Below are positions 28,101 through 40,735 of a stretch of DNA of 64,000 bases, in pieces (the stretch's first letter is position 1; every line of letters starts with the position of its first letter). The notes under the pieces were generated by a model, which saw nothing but the letters and a program-made list of their open reading frames with translations, was not told where the DNA came from and searched no databases. A program made the position numbers and the translations under genes. Source of the stretch: Paraspadella gotoi (Eukaryota; Animalia; Chaetognatha); the NCBI GenBank assembly GCA_051294375.1, contig CM119265.1, forward strand, positions 8,006,772-8,070,771, given 5' to 3'.

Positions 28101-28584
28101 ACGACGACACTGACGGTTCGCAGGTTCGGTCACTTCCTTCAAAAACGTCTTTCACGAAACCGACGATTCGATCTTTTCTCTTCCTTTGTTTTCCTTTTTT
28201 TCCTTTGATTTCCTTCGTTTCTTCTTCCCCCAACGAAGTCTGCTTCCTGTTTCCGCCTCCTGTTTCTTTTCTTCGATTCCGGCGCCGATAGATTTCCGGC
28301 GTTTTCTTCGTCGGCGGCGTCGTCATTGCCGTCGCCGAGGTGACGAATTCGCGTATGAGATGGTCGAGTGGTTTCTCTCTCTTTCTGTCAATACTTTGAA
28401 CGTTGTCTGGCGTGTTAAGGGACTGCGTCTGTCGCGAGCGGCATCTCGCGGCGTCTAACGGCATCTCGTGGCATTGAAGGACAACGCAATGATGCATGAC
28501 GCTCTTTTTGCGGCGACTTAAACGACGCAATAATTCGCAGTCGATATAATACTCGACGATACTCTTTCTTCTTTTTCTTCTTCT
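28101..28584 (-). CDS. Exon-like basic/low-complexity block (also at ~21360-21850)
   Basis: The whole inter-gap segment is open in one frame, including PLDHLIREFVTSATAMTTPPTKKTPEIYRRR...DRIVGFVKDVFEGSDRTCEP. Confidence 0.3.
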
Positions 28585-29304
28585 NNNNNNNNNNNNNNNN
28601 NNNNNNNNNNNNNNNNNNNNNNNNNNNNNNNNNNNNNNNNNNNNNNNNNNNNNNNNNNNNNNNNNNNNNNNNNNNNNNNNNNNNNNNNNNNNNNNNNNNN
28701 NNNNNNNNNNNNNNNNNNNNNNNNNNNNNNNNNNNNNNNNNNNNNNNNNNNNNNNNNNNNNNNNNNNNNNNNNNNNNNNNNNNNNNNNNNNNNNTTCTCT
28801 CTCTCTCTCTTTTTCTCTTTTCTCTGTCTCTCTCTTTTTCTCGCTCAATCTTACTAATGACGCCATTAGTCGCCGGCAAAAATCCGCGTGACATTCGAGT
28901 TTCGCGATGAACGACTCCGGATTCAGTAAAAGAGAGAGAGAGATATATAATGATGTAGGATCTTCTATTAATATTCATTTAATTGGACCGTGAAGTAAAA
29001 AATTGGCTCTTCTTTTTTCTACTGCTAAATTTCAGCAACTTTTCACATGTTAATGTGTCATTAATATTCCATTCATAACTTTTGCCACGAAAGCCACCGT
29101 AACAATTTTAACCAATTGATATTTACCAATTAATACTTTCGAACGAAACTCGCCGAATCGAAATAAGTTTCGACCGTTTCGTAACCCAAGATGGATGCAC
29201 TCGACGGCGGATGCCAGATGGCGCTGTCGCTCGACTTCTTCTAACGACACCATCATGACGTCGCCGATCGACGCTCGCAATTCTTTTTTTATTTCCGGTC
29301 GAAA

Positions 29305-29736
29305 ACTTGGCTGACGTCGCCGACAACGCAGCCGACGAAATTGACGTCGCAGAAGCGATTGCCGAATGATTTCCGGAAGTCTCGGCCGACAACGCCGACG
29401 AGATTGCCGAAGGATGGCCCTCAGTCGCGGCCGACAACGCCGATTCGATTGCGGACTCGTTCTACTCTCTCGCTCAATCTCGCTAACGAGAAGTTCTCGA
29501 GTTTCGCGCGATCGATTTCACGCGCGAATTACGTCGCGATTGACGTCACCGGAAGACGTCTCCCGACCGCGCGCGAGAAAGAGTTACGCTCGTTCGGGGC
29601 CACGTCCGATTTTTCTCCGACTCATATTTCTATCTCGTCACCGAAAACGAGGCCGAGCGATCGTGCGACGACGAAACGTGTCGAATCTCGGAAGAAGCAG
29701 AAGAGCTCGATTCGTTCGGGGAATTCGATCAATTGA
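29305..29736 (+). CDS. S/T/P/R-rich ORF with internal repeat (also at ~22550-22986)
   Basis: 131-aa ORF with SPTTQ / SRPTTPTRL / SRPTTPIRL, encoded by gccgacaacgc three times. Confidence 0.22.
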   Translation, partial: TWLTSPTTQPTKLTSQKRLPNDFRKSRPTTPTRLPKDGPQSRPTTPIRLRTRSTLSLNLANEKFSSFARSISRANYVAIDVTGRRLPTAREKELRSFGATSDFSPTHISISSPKTRPSDRATTKRVESRKKQKSSIRSGNSIN

Positions 29737-30699
29737 GTCGCGGAAGTCGAGAAAAGCATCTTCGCATGTCGATCGAAAAGAATTGACTGAGCGCGTCGTA
29801 CCGTGTCCGTCTCTGTCTCTGTCTCTCTCTNNNNNNNNNNNNNNNNNNNNNNNNNNNNNNNNNNNNNNNNNNNNNNNNNNNNNNNNNNNNNNNNNNNNNN
29901 NNNNNNNNNNNNNNNNNNNNNNNNNNNNNNNNNNNNNNNNNNNNNNNNCTTTACTCTATTTTTCTAAGGCACCGGGGATCGTATGACGGTACGTACATAA
30001 ACACACCTCGGACGATGTTCCCCGTTGACACGAAATCTGGACATTGGACCGGAATTCTCCCTCTTGATTCTTGTCGTACGTCGTGGACTTTGTCGTCTTC
30101 GTCGTCGTTGGCCGTCGTCTGTCTCGCGACAAGCCTGACAGAGACAGAGAGAAGAAAAAAGAAAAAAAGAATAGATCAGAAAAGTGGGGAGTAGCGGGAA
30201 GGAGAGAGGAGTGAGAAAATAGATGAAAATCTGGGGATTACGGTAGAAGGGTTAGAAATATTGAGAGTCGCTTAGACGAGAAAACCTTACCCATGGGAAG
30301 GTCGGGAAAAGGTAGGGTTGAAGGGGGAGTTAAGGAAAGGGTGTGTTTAAAGATAGGCGACATTCCTGAGAGACGACGCGAGAAGGAAAAGAGAAAAGTG
30401 AACTGACGGCGTCAGGAATTGGGTCGATAGTTTCACCATACTACATGCTGCCTTAATTCGGGTCAGCGTGTAGAGCCGCGGTCGGTTGATGTTCGTCCGC
30501 GAGTCACTTCGCGCGGCTCGGGAAAAAATAACGTGGCCGCAGAGAAAAAGGGAGGAGAGAGAGAGACGAGCAGAGACGAGAGAATGAGCAGAGGAGAGAG
30601 AGAGAGCAGATGCATGCAGAGAGCAAGAGAGAGCAGGACGAGAAAAGAGTAAGATTGAGATCCCTGTTTGCGAGCCTGCCCCGCACACGTGGTTCGAGT

Positions 30700-31907
30700 C
30701 GAAGAAGGCGGGCCAGGGGGCGGCGGAAAACAGAAGAGAAATTGACCTGGCGTGCTTGGAAGGAACCGCGCCTTATTTTTCTGCACTTTTTATTTTGTGT
30801 TGTGTTGACGTACGTTCCGTCTCTCTGCCTCTTCCTCTCTTCTCTCTCTTCTACTTCTCGCTCTCTGTCCTGACTGTTCTCCCTCCCCTCTCCCTCTCAT
30901 ACCCTTCCGTCTCGTGACTCATCTCTCTTAGCTCTCATTTTCCCCCTTTCTTTTCTAATTTAGCGGACTACCAAAGACTCATCAACTGCCAGTCCACCAG
31001 ATATAATCAACCTCTCGCGCTCATCTCCGCGTCAGGCATATACACATTCCGTGCGTGCGCCCGAGCTCGCTGTCCGTCAAGCTACAGGATAATGTCGGCT
31101 CCTATCTTCTAAACACGCCCTCCGTTCCCTTAAGCTCTCCTCTCCTCAATCGACTCACCTGTTTCGTCCCCGACTCTCTGCTTATGCAGTGGAATGCGTT
31201 GTTCGCTTCGCTCATGCGAGACGCATAACTGCCTCAGAAAATGATTTCTAACCCTATCTATCCGTACATCCCCAGATATTTCATCTATTTTTCTCGCTCC
31301 TCTTCTCCTTCCGCTACTCCTTTTTCTTCTCTCTGTCTCTTGTCAGGCTTTGTCGCGAGACCAGGACGAACGGCCAAACGACAGAGAAGCACAACGAAAC
31401 AATGTCCACGCACCGTAGACGACAAGAATCAAGCAGGGACGAATCTCGCGGTCCGGAATGTCCAGAATATTTCGTGTCAACGGCGGAACATCGTCCCAGC
31501 CGGTGTGGCTTTATGTAAACGTACCGATCAATACGGATCCCCGGATCGCCTTTTAGAAACAAATAGGAAGCGTAAAGGCGAGAGAGAGGAGTAGGAGAGA
31601 GGAGGAGCGACGCAGAGTGACGAGAGAAGTAGAGACGAGGAGGAGCAGAGAGGAGAGAGACAGAGAGAGAGAGGAAGAGAGAGGAGAGAAAGAACAAGAC
31701 GACGGAACACGGTAACGAGCGCCGCCTCAGGTCAATTCTTTCTGCGGATCCGACAATGCTGAAGATCGTTTTTCTCGACTTCCCGCGACTACAGAATTGC
31801 ATCGAAGATTTCCACGAACGAATTCCGAGCTCCTTCTGCTTTCGGTTCGCGAAGATGTCGACACGTTTCGTCGGCGCACGATCGCTCCGCCTCGTATTTC
31901 GGGAAAA
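30700..31907 (-). repeat. Inverted third copy of ~22890-23905 / 29640-30420 (fold-back)
   Basis: gaaattgacctggcgtgcttggaaggaaccgcgcc (~30740) approximates the reverse complement of 23842-23882; ctaccaaagactcatca that of tgatgagtctttgtag (23680); gtcgacacgtttcgtcg is near the reverse complement of acgaaacgtgtcga (29671). Ends at a 25-N gap. Confidence 0.9.
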
Positions 31908-32985
31908 NNNNNNNNNNNNNNNNNNNNNNNNNCCCTTTTTTTCTCTTTTTCTCTCATACCAGCACATTCTCCTTTCTCTCCTCTCCCCGGGTTTTGAAAT
32001 CCACTCTCTCTCTCTCTCTCTCTCTTTGCTCTGTTTTTTTTCCAATCTCTGCTCGGGCGTTGTAGTGTTTGACGAAGTATACAGCTAAAATTGATGAGTT
32101 AAAAGGAACTAGATATATATTAAAAAATTTTGAATAGTGTAAAATAAGCTAAGATTAATAAGAGAAAAGTTGAAAAAATAAAATAGGAAAAGAAAAGGTG
32201 AGGATTGATCGAGGAATAGGAAAAGAAAAGGTGAGTAGTTTTTCGCTGAGTGGAGGCGGGAAAAGACCTTTCTTATCTCTCTCCCTCTTAGTCTCTCTCT
32301 CTCTNNNNNNNNNNNNNNNNNNNNNNNNNNNNNNNNNNNNNNNNNNNNNNNNNNNNNNNNNNNNNNNNNNNNNNNNNNNNNNNNNNNNNNNNNNNNNNNN
32401 NNNNNNNNNNNNNNNNNNNNNNNNNNNNNNNNNNNNNNNNNNNNNNNNNNNNNNNNNNNNNNNNNNNNNNNNNNNNNNNNNNNNNNNNNNNNNNNNNNNN
32501 NNNNNNNNNNNNNNNNNNNNNNNNNNNNNNNNNNNNNNNNNNNNNNNNNNNNNNNNNNNNNNCTACGGGACGCCAACCCCCCCGGTCGGGGCTTTCAAAT
32601 TCCCTTCGTCTTTTGTTCTTTGACGATAATAAATCCGCGACCTTCCGCCAGACGCCGCCTCAGTCTTCGTCGTCGTCTTTCGTCGTCGTCTTCGTCCTCA
32701 TTTTCATTTAATTTTCTACGACGAAGGCATTTGAAGAATCTTTAATCATCCAAGGTGTTGGCCGCTCTGTTCCTCTCCCCTTACACCCCCTCCTACTTTA
32801 TTGCGCCTCCCCTTTTGGGCTTCCCTACTTCTCGCACCTGATTCTCTCTCTCTCTCTNNNNNNNNNNNNNNNNNNNNNNNNNNNNNNNNNNNNNNNNNNN
32901 NNNNNNNNNNNNNNNNNNNNNNNNNNNNNNNNNNNNNNNNNNNNNNNNNNNNNNNNNNNNNNNNNNNNNNNNNNNNNNNNNNNNN

Positions 32986-33019
<34 letters not shown>

Positions 33020-33696
33020 CGAGGAGGGACTTCTTCTTTGATCAGGTTCTTCGCGCGACCCAAGTTTTAACGTCTAGAATCTGAAAAAAAGGAGAAAGAA
33101 AGAAAGGGAAGGAAAGAGAAAGGAAAGGAAAAATATTAAAGAGAGAAAAAGGAGAGAGACAGAGAGGAAAGAGTTTGGAGGAAATAACTATAGAAGATAA
33201 AGATAAAGAGAAGAAAATGTGAGAAGTTTTTAGTAAATTCAAATCTCATGACAGCAAATAACCAATCGAAAATTAAATTTCTAAATTATACATGAGAAAA
33301 AATATTTTTCGCTTTCATTTATTTTTTTTTTTTTTTTGTAAATTTCTAAATTTCATTAGTGACACTTGTTCAATTTATATTCCTCGTTCGGATATCAAAT
33401 CAAAACAAAAAAAAAATTGAAAAATAAACAAGAGAGCATCCGGGTTCCAAATTGGCGGCGGGATCGGGAATCTGATTTGAGGCGAGGGACCGAGAGGTCG
33501 ACTCTTCAAATAAGCGGCACCGACCGACCGACGCCTTTTTCCTTCTTTTCCTTTCTTTTTTTAAAACTGTTCTTTTCTATTACATTTTCTTTACTTGTCT
33601 TGTTTTTTTATTGCTTTTCTATTTCTCACTCTGTTTTTAATCCTTGGCTCTTTTCTTTGCCAAGATTACCGCCGCGACAGCCCCGGAGAAAGCCTT

Positions 33697-33734
<38 letters not shown>

Positions 33735-36254
33735 GAGGAGATTATTTCTCTCCCTCTCCTTATTTCGCTTTGCCTCTCCAAAACAAATCCTTTCCAAGTA
33801 ATCAATTTTCATTACTCCTCTCCGCCGCAGAAAAAAAAATAAAAAAGAGAAGAAAAATAGAAAAGAAAGTAAATAGAGAAGAGAAGAAAAAAAAAAGAAT
33901 TTCCGCCTCACCTGATGAAGCGACGGAAACCGAAAGCGAAAACGTTTGTCATTTGTTATTCTCCTCGTTTCAGCCCTCTCTCTCTCTCTCTCTCTCTCTN
34001 NNNNNNNNNNNNNNNNNNNNNNNNNNNNNNNNNNNNNNNNNNNNNNNNNNNNNNNNNNNNNNNNNNNNNNNNNNNNNNNNNNNNNNNNNNNNNNNNNNNN
34101 NNNNNNNNNNNNNNNNNNNNNNNNNNNNNNNNNNNNNNNNNNNNNNNNNNNNNNNNNNNNNNNNNNNNNNNNNNNNNNNNNNNNNNNNNNNNNNNNNNNN
34201 NNNNNNNNNNNNNNNNNNNNNNNNNNNNNNNNNNNNNNNNNNNNNNNNNNNNNNNNNNNNNNNNNNNNNNNNNNNNNNNNNNNNNNNNNNNNNNNNNNNN
34301 NNNNNNNNNNNNNNNNNNNNNNNNNNNNNNNNNNNNNNNNNNNNNNNNNNNNNNNNNNNNNNNNNNNNNNNNNNNNNNNNNNNNNNNNNNNNNNNNNNNN
34401 NNNNNNNNNNNNNNNNNNNNNNNNNNNNNNNNNNNNNNNNNNNNNNNNNNNNNNNNNNNNNNNNNNNNNNNNNNNNNNNNNNNNNNNNNNNNNNNNNNNN
34501 NNNNNNNNNNNNNNNNNNNNNNNNNNNNNNNNNNNNNNNNNNNNNNNNNNNNNNNNNNNNNNNNNNNNNNNNNNNNNNNNNNNNNNNNNNNNNNNNNNNN
34601 TGGTCCTCGAAGGAATTCTCTAACTAGTCTTACATCGGAGCTAACATCTTGCTTAAAGAGTCTGGGCTTCAGACGCTTCGCGAATCCTGATGCCCTCTGG
34701 CGGCTGCGAAAAGGGAAGAAGGATGATGAAGGAAAAAGGAAAGGAAGGAATGAAGGAGGGGAGGAAAAAAGGAAAGAAATTTGAAAGGGAAAAAAATCGG
34801 TGGAGGAAGGAAGGATTAAAAAAAATGTGAAAAGCGCATCGGAGAGAAGAGAGAAATGAAATTGGAAAAGGAGTNNNNNNNNNNNNNNNNNNNNNNNNNN
34901 NNNNNNNNNNNNNNNNNNNNNNNNNNNNNNNNNNNNNNNNNNNNNNNNNNNNNNNNNNNNNNNNNNNNNNNNNNNNNNNNNNNNNNNNNNNNNNNNNNNN
35001 NNNNNNNNNNNNNNNNNNNNNNNNNNNNNNNNNNNNNNNNNNNNNNNNNNNNNNNNNNNNNNNNNNNNNNNNNNNNNNNNNNNNNNNNNNNNNNNNNNNN
35101 NNNNNNNNNNNNNNNNNNNTATCCCGAGTTTTTTCCTTCGCTTTAATCAACTCGTTTCGGATATTGGCCCCACCTCCGCAGAGGCACGGCCAAACACACC
35201 GTCGTTAAAAGTTGAGACTTTTCCAAAATCGAAATTTGTTTTTCGCTCTGATTCCAATTCTTAACTCTCTCTCTCTCTCTCTCGTTCTCATCTTCTCTCT
35301 TCTCTCTCTGCGCTTGGCCCTCTCTTTCTCTCTCTCTCTCTCTCTCCTTCTCCTTCTAATTTCTTTCTTTTTTAAACAATGGCCCATTTCCAAACTGGGA
35401 TATCAGATAAACAGTGGGGGAAAGAAAACCCTCGTGTAAAATATTAATCATTCTTCTTCTGCTTTCATCCCCCCCCGCCCAGGTTTGGCAGGGCTTCATT
35501 TCCTCCACCGTCCCCCCCCCCCCTTCTTCTTCATCGGCATAAGTAATAATTAGTTGGGGAAAAAGAGGGATGGACGAATAAAAAAAAAAAACAAAAAAAA
35601 AAAAAACAAAAAAAACTTGGTCATCCAAACACATTTGCGAAAAGAGAAGAAAAAAAAAAACAGAGGGGGACGGTAAAGTATTTGATTATGAGACGAGAGA
35701 GACGAGAGAGAGAAGAAGAGAGCGACGAGAGAGAGAAGAGAGAGACGAAGAGAGAGAGAAAGTAGGGGGGATGCGACAATGGCCATGACGCTCTTCTTCT
35801 CTCGCCTCTCTATCTCGTATCCGTTTTCTTCAACCAACTGACAAAAAATTATGAAAAATGAGGGATTTCTCTCGGAGACTGTTTTACGATTGCCAATTCA
35901 CTTTTGATCTGAATCCTTTTCTCTCTTCTACTTCTCTCTCTCTCTCTCTCAGATCTTCTCTCGCTCTCTCTTTCTTTCCCCTCCCCGCTCTCTAACTATT
36001 TTTTTCGCTTGAATTAATCTATGACCATGAAATAAAGGCCCGCGACGTCGCGTTTGCCGACCGCCGCAAATAGAGGGAAAGGGCGAGACACGGATAGCAT
36101 ATATAGTAAGGCGGGCCAAAATTGAACACTTTTTTATAACTTTTAATTCTCTCAAAAAAATTCGCTTTTCCTTCTGTTACTTAAATCGGATGTTTCAATG
36201 CAACTTTTTGAATTAGTTCATTGGGTTGATTCACTGAAGCTTTTAAATATTTAA

Positions 36255-36660
36255 TTAATTATGTATAACAATACAAAAATTTTTTTTAAAAAAAATTATA
36301 GTTTATAGAACGGATTACCTATAGAGCTTTGAAAAGTTAAGATGAAAGTTAGTCTACAATTTTTAAACAATTTTGACAACAGAAAAGAAAATGTGGGGGG
36401 TGTTTAAAAAAACAGAGAAAAAAACACAAAAAAAAAAAAAACGGTTAAAAAATCATCCGTATCACATCATCATTGGCTGAATTCAGTAGTTTTTTTTGTT
36501 GGAAGTTTATCAGACTAAAATAAAACAAAAAAATTTTTAAAAATTTGAGATTAATAATAACCTTTATCATAACTTTTAAGCTCTATCGGACATCCATTTA
36601 AAAAAAATTGAAAAAATTCTCAAAAAAAATTTTTAATTTATATAAATTAAAATAAATTCT
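36255..36660. mobile_element. AT-rich diverged fold-back / MITE-like element
   Basis: ggattacctatagagctttgaaaagttaagatgaaag (36312) vs the reverse complement of cctttatcataacttttaagctctatcggacatcc (36561). Arms ~36255-36380 and 36520-36660. No TSD identified. Confidence 0.5.
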
Positions 36661-36915
36661 ATATAACTGCCTTCCGTAGCGCTTTAATAGATAATGTTTA
36701 AAATTATTTTGATTTTTTCTTTAACAGTCACTTTATCATTATTTATTGAGAAGAACTTCTAGTTTGTCAACCTGTTCCGGCCTAATATATAGAGCAGATG
36801 ATAGCTCTCATGTGGCGTCGCCGAGTATGCGAGCGGGCGCGCGTGTGTGTGAAAAAGTAAAAGATATAAATAGAAATATAAAGATGAAATCGGGAGAGAG
36901 CGGTCAAAGAGAGAG

Positions 36916-36976
<61 letters not shown>

Positions 36977-37890
36977 AAAAAGTTTAAAGGTGCAAAAGCA
37001 ATAAAGTCTTTTCATGTCGAGATTCTCTCCCAATCTTCGATATTCCATCGGACGGAGGTGAGAAGAGAGAAAGGAAAGGGAAAAAGAAAAGAGAAAAGAG
37101 AGAGAGAAGAGAGAGAGAGAGAGGAAGAGAAGAGAGAGAGAGAGAGAGGAGAGGAGAGAGAGAGAGAGAGAAAGAGGTGGTTGGGCAAAGGCGCCATTGC
37201 TCTCTGGCGTCCACCTGGGAGAATGTGTGAGCTTCGTATAAATCCTTTTCTATCTTTATTTCCTCACATTTCCTCGCCTTTTTTTAGCTCTCGCTTTCTC
37301 TCATTCCGCCCCCCCCTCCGACTTTTCGCTCGCTCTTCACTTTCTCTTTCTGCTTTTCCTCGCGGCGCTCTCTCTCTCTCTCTCTATCTCTCGCTCTTCG
37401 TTTTCTGCTTTCTCCCGGCCAATGCGGAATATTCTCTCAATTATCCCCTTCGGCCGACAACGATTCCTTTTTTTGGAGGACAAACGCCCTTTTCCTTTTC
37501 TACCTCCCTTTTCTCCTTTTCCTCTCTTTCCTTCTTTTCCCTCTCCCCTCTCTCTCTCTCTATTAACCCCTCTCCTCATTCCTCATTCCATTCGTTCGGA
37601 AGATATAAAAAGAAGAAGAAAAAATAAGAAGAAAAAAGAAAAAAGTCACTAAATGTTGCAGTTTATCATTTCATCCATTTTTTGGCCGAACGGACTTATT
37701 TCCCTCTTTCTATTTTTTTTTTCTTTTCTCTTTGGCGGCGGCGGCGGCTGCAACGATGGCCGTTTGAGGCGGCGGCGGAGCGGCGGCGGGCGCCGTGCGG
37801 CGTCTGCCTCTGTCAGTGAAACGGGCGTCAGTCTAGGGTCACGTGGATCATAGAAGGGTCAGGGGTTCAAGCGTCAGCTTCGCCAGACGA

Positions 37891-38001
<111 letters not shown>

Positions 38002-38399
38002 TGTCTGACTTTTCGTTTCCCGAGAGCTTTTCCACTCTCTCTCCCTTCTTTCCTCTTTGCTCTCCTTCTTTCTTTTTTTCTTTCCTTGTTCTTCCCACTT
38101 TCCTTATTTCCTTTTTTTCTTTCCTTTTTATCACCTTTTTCTTTCTTTCTTTCTTTCTTTCTATCTTTTCTCTTTCGCTGAATTTACTTTCTTTTTTTCC
38201 AAGTTTTTTTCTTTATCCTCACTTTTTTTTTCATCTCACGTTTCTTTTTTCATTCTTTCCATCTAAGTCTATAAAAAAAATCTTCATTTTCTACTTTTTT
38301 CTCTTTTTTTTCTTTCTCATCCGAGTTACCGCCATCTCTTTCTAATTTTTTCTTCCGCTTCCTCCTCGTTAACTACTTCCTCCCTTTCTCGCACTGAAT

Positions 38400-38490
<91 letters not shown>

Positions 38491-38599
38491 TTCGATTCTC
38501 CCTCTCATTATCGTTCGCGTCTTACGATCGTCGTGATCCTTACATCATCGCCGCGGTAAATCACCTCCTTCTGCTTTGACCGTCATCGTTTATCGTCTT

Positions 38600-38643
<44 letters not shown>

Positions 38644-39640
38644 GTCATCGACCTCCCCCCTTTTCTTTCTTTATATCCTAACCGGTAAACCGTGACGTTG
38701 CTTAATGTTTCTCTTCTCCTTTCAGGATCTTTTGTTTTCTATTTTTACGCGCTCGCGACCTCGAGTGCCCATCGCTCCATTGCCCGCAGTTTTTCTCGGC
38801 GCTACAGGCTGCCCGCTCACTTCCCTCGCGCCCCATATTGTCCTCTCTTCCCACCGCCCGGTTTGCCCGATCGGCTTTGGACGCGCGGATGACGTCGGCT
38901 CGACGCGATGACCCGACGCCTGTCTTTGTCGGTCGAGTTCGTCGGCTAACGTCGGTCGTTCCTCTCTCATCTTTGGTTAACGTGGAAGCTGCTTGCCTTC
39001 TCGATCCGTTGGTGCTTGTCATAACCCTTGATATGACTCCTCTTTGTGATTTTCTAACGGTTCACGGCAAAACTTTAATTCAATGGATGACGATTTCTGT
39101 TTTAATTTTAAAAAACCTTCCGAACGGCGAACTCAGAAGCCACAGATTTTCATATACATTTAAGCTAGAAAGAATCATTCTTATGTACCACATAATAAAT
39201 AAAATTAATAATCTGTGGCGATCAGACTATTTTTTTCACTCTCTTTAACTTCGCCTCCCTCCAGTTTCCATTTTCTTTATTAACTCTCCCGCTCGTACTT
39301 CTCCTTCTCCTCACTTTCTCTTCTACTTTCCTTTTCCATTTATTCACTCTATCTCGGTTCTATTTTGTGTCCTCGCCCTCCGGGGATTCCTTTCTTTGCC
39401 TTGTTGTTCCACCTGAACCCCAGAACCACTTTCATTCACCTCCCTTCGACCACCAACCACCATCTCTACCACCATCCACCCCCTCGTCCACCATCCACCC
39501 TCTCTACCTCCCTCCAATTCCTCCCCTTTCCTCGATTCAACACCACCTGCTGCCAGCGAACTCACCTCTGAACCCTTAATGTGGCTTCACTTTAAAACTG
39601 CGCGATTCCGCCTGGAGATGGCGTTGACTCCCTTTAGGAC

Positions 39641-39671
<31 letters not shown>

Positions 39672-40039
39672 NNNNNNNNNNNNNNNNNNNNNNNNNTTCG
39701 CTTCTCGGTTACTTCGGTTTACATAGTCTTATTTTTAGTGGTGATGCGCTTCTCTCTCTCTCTCTCTCTCGTCTCTCTCTCTTTCGACGTTTCCTCTCCG
39801 TCTCAATCTCTCTCTCCTCCCTCTCTCTTCCCTCTCTCTCACTCCTCCCTCCCTCTCTCTTCTTCCTCTCACCATCCCTGTTTTTAAAACAAACGGCGAA
39901 AAATGCAAAAGCGGAATGATTTTTTTTCTTTTTTTTCTTTCTCTAATTTTTCGTATTTAACAATTTTCCCAGTCGAGTTTTGTTTCCAGCTCGAACTTCC
40001 CTCGTCTCTCTCTCTCTCCTCTCTGCTCCTCTCATCTCT

Positions 40040-40078
<39 letters not shown>

Positions 40079-40291
40079 CTCCTCTCTCTCTCTCTCTCTC
40101 TCTGCCAAACCGACGAGTTCGTCAGTCCCTCAATCTTTCATTTTTTCTCGTCGCAGGCGCATCTTTTTGCTATTTCCGACACACCTTCGCAGTCCACATT
40201 TCGTACCATGCATTAGTTTACGTTCGGAATAATCATTTAATTTTTGCATTTCCCGTGTTAACAAACGTTCAAACTAATTCGCACCAAAACA

Positions 40292-40735
40292 CTCTCTCTC
40301 TCTCATTCTCAAAAAAATGTTTACAATTAAATCTGTCCTTGCCACGAAATTCCCTTGCCCACTGTTTTTCCCGCTTCCAATCCAAATGGTTGCTCCTGGA
40401 TTTTTCTCCATTCCCGTTAACCAAGAAAGTTATTTTTTTCAACCAACTGACACAATTTTACTAAAAAAAAAATGACGACACTACTCTGGTGAACACACTT
40501 ACGCTCTCTCGCACTCTCCACAACTTCTCTCTATTCTCAAAAAATGTTTACAATTATTTGTCCTTGCCACGAAATTCCCTTTGCCACTGTTTTTCCCGCT
40601 TCCCATCCAAATGGTCTCCTGGATTTTCTCCATTCCCGTTAACAAGAAGTTATCTTTCACACAATTTACTCAAAAACAAAAAGACGACACTCTGTGAACA
40701 CACTCCCGCTCCCCGCACTCTTCTCAACACTCCAC
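40292..40735 (+). repeat. Tandem duplication of ~220 bp (40292-40524, 40525-40735)
   Basis: attctcaaaaaa(a)tgtttacaatta...gtccttgccacgaaattccctt...ctccattcccgttaac...gtgaacacact occurs twice. Confidence 0.92.

Larger units (their letters stand above)
24010..30420 (+). repeat. Copy 2 of ~7 kb direct duplication (gapped copy)
   Basis: Starts right after the 100-N gap (23910-24009). Its internal N gaps mostly correspond to GA/TC-tract-containing segments that are sequenced in copy 1. Confidence 0.95.

Noticed and set aside
30685-30715. B-box-like GGTTCGAGTC
   Set aside because: Sits in noisy fold-back apex sequence with no tRNA structure.
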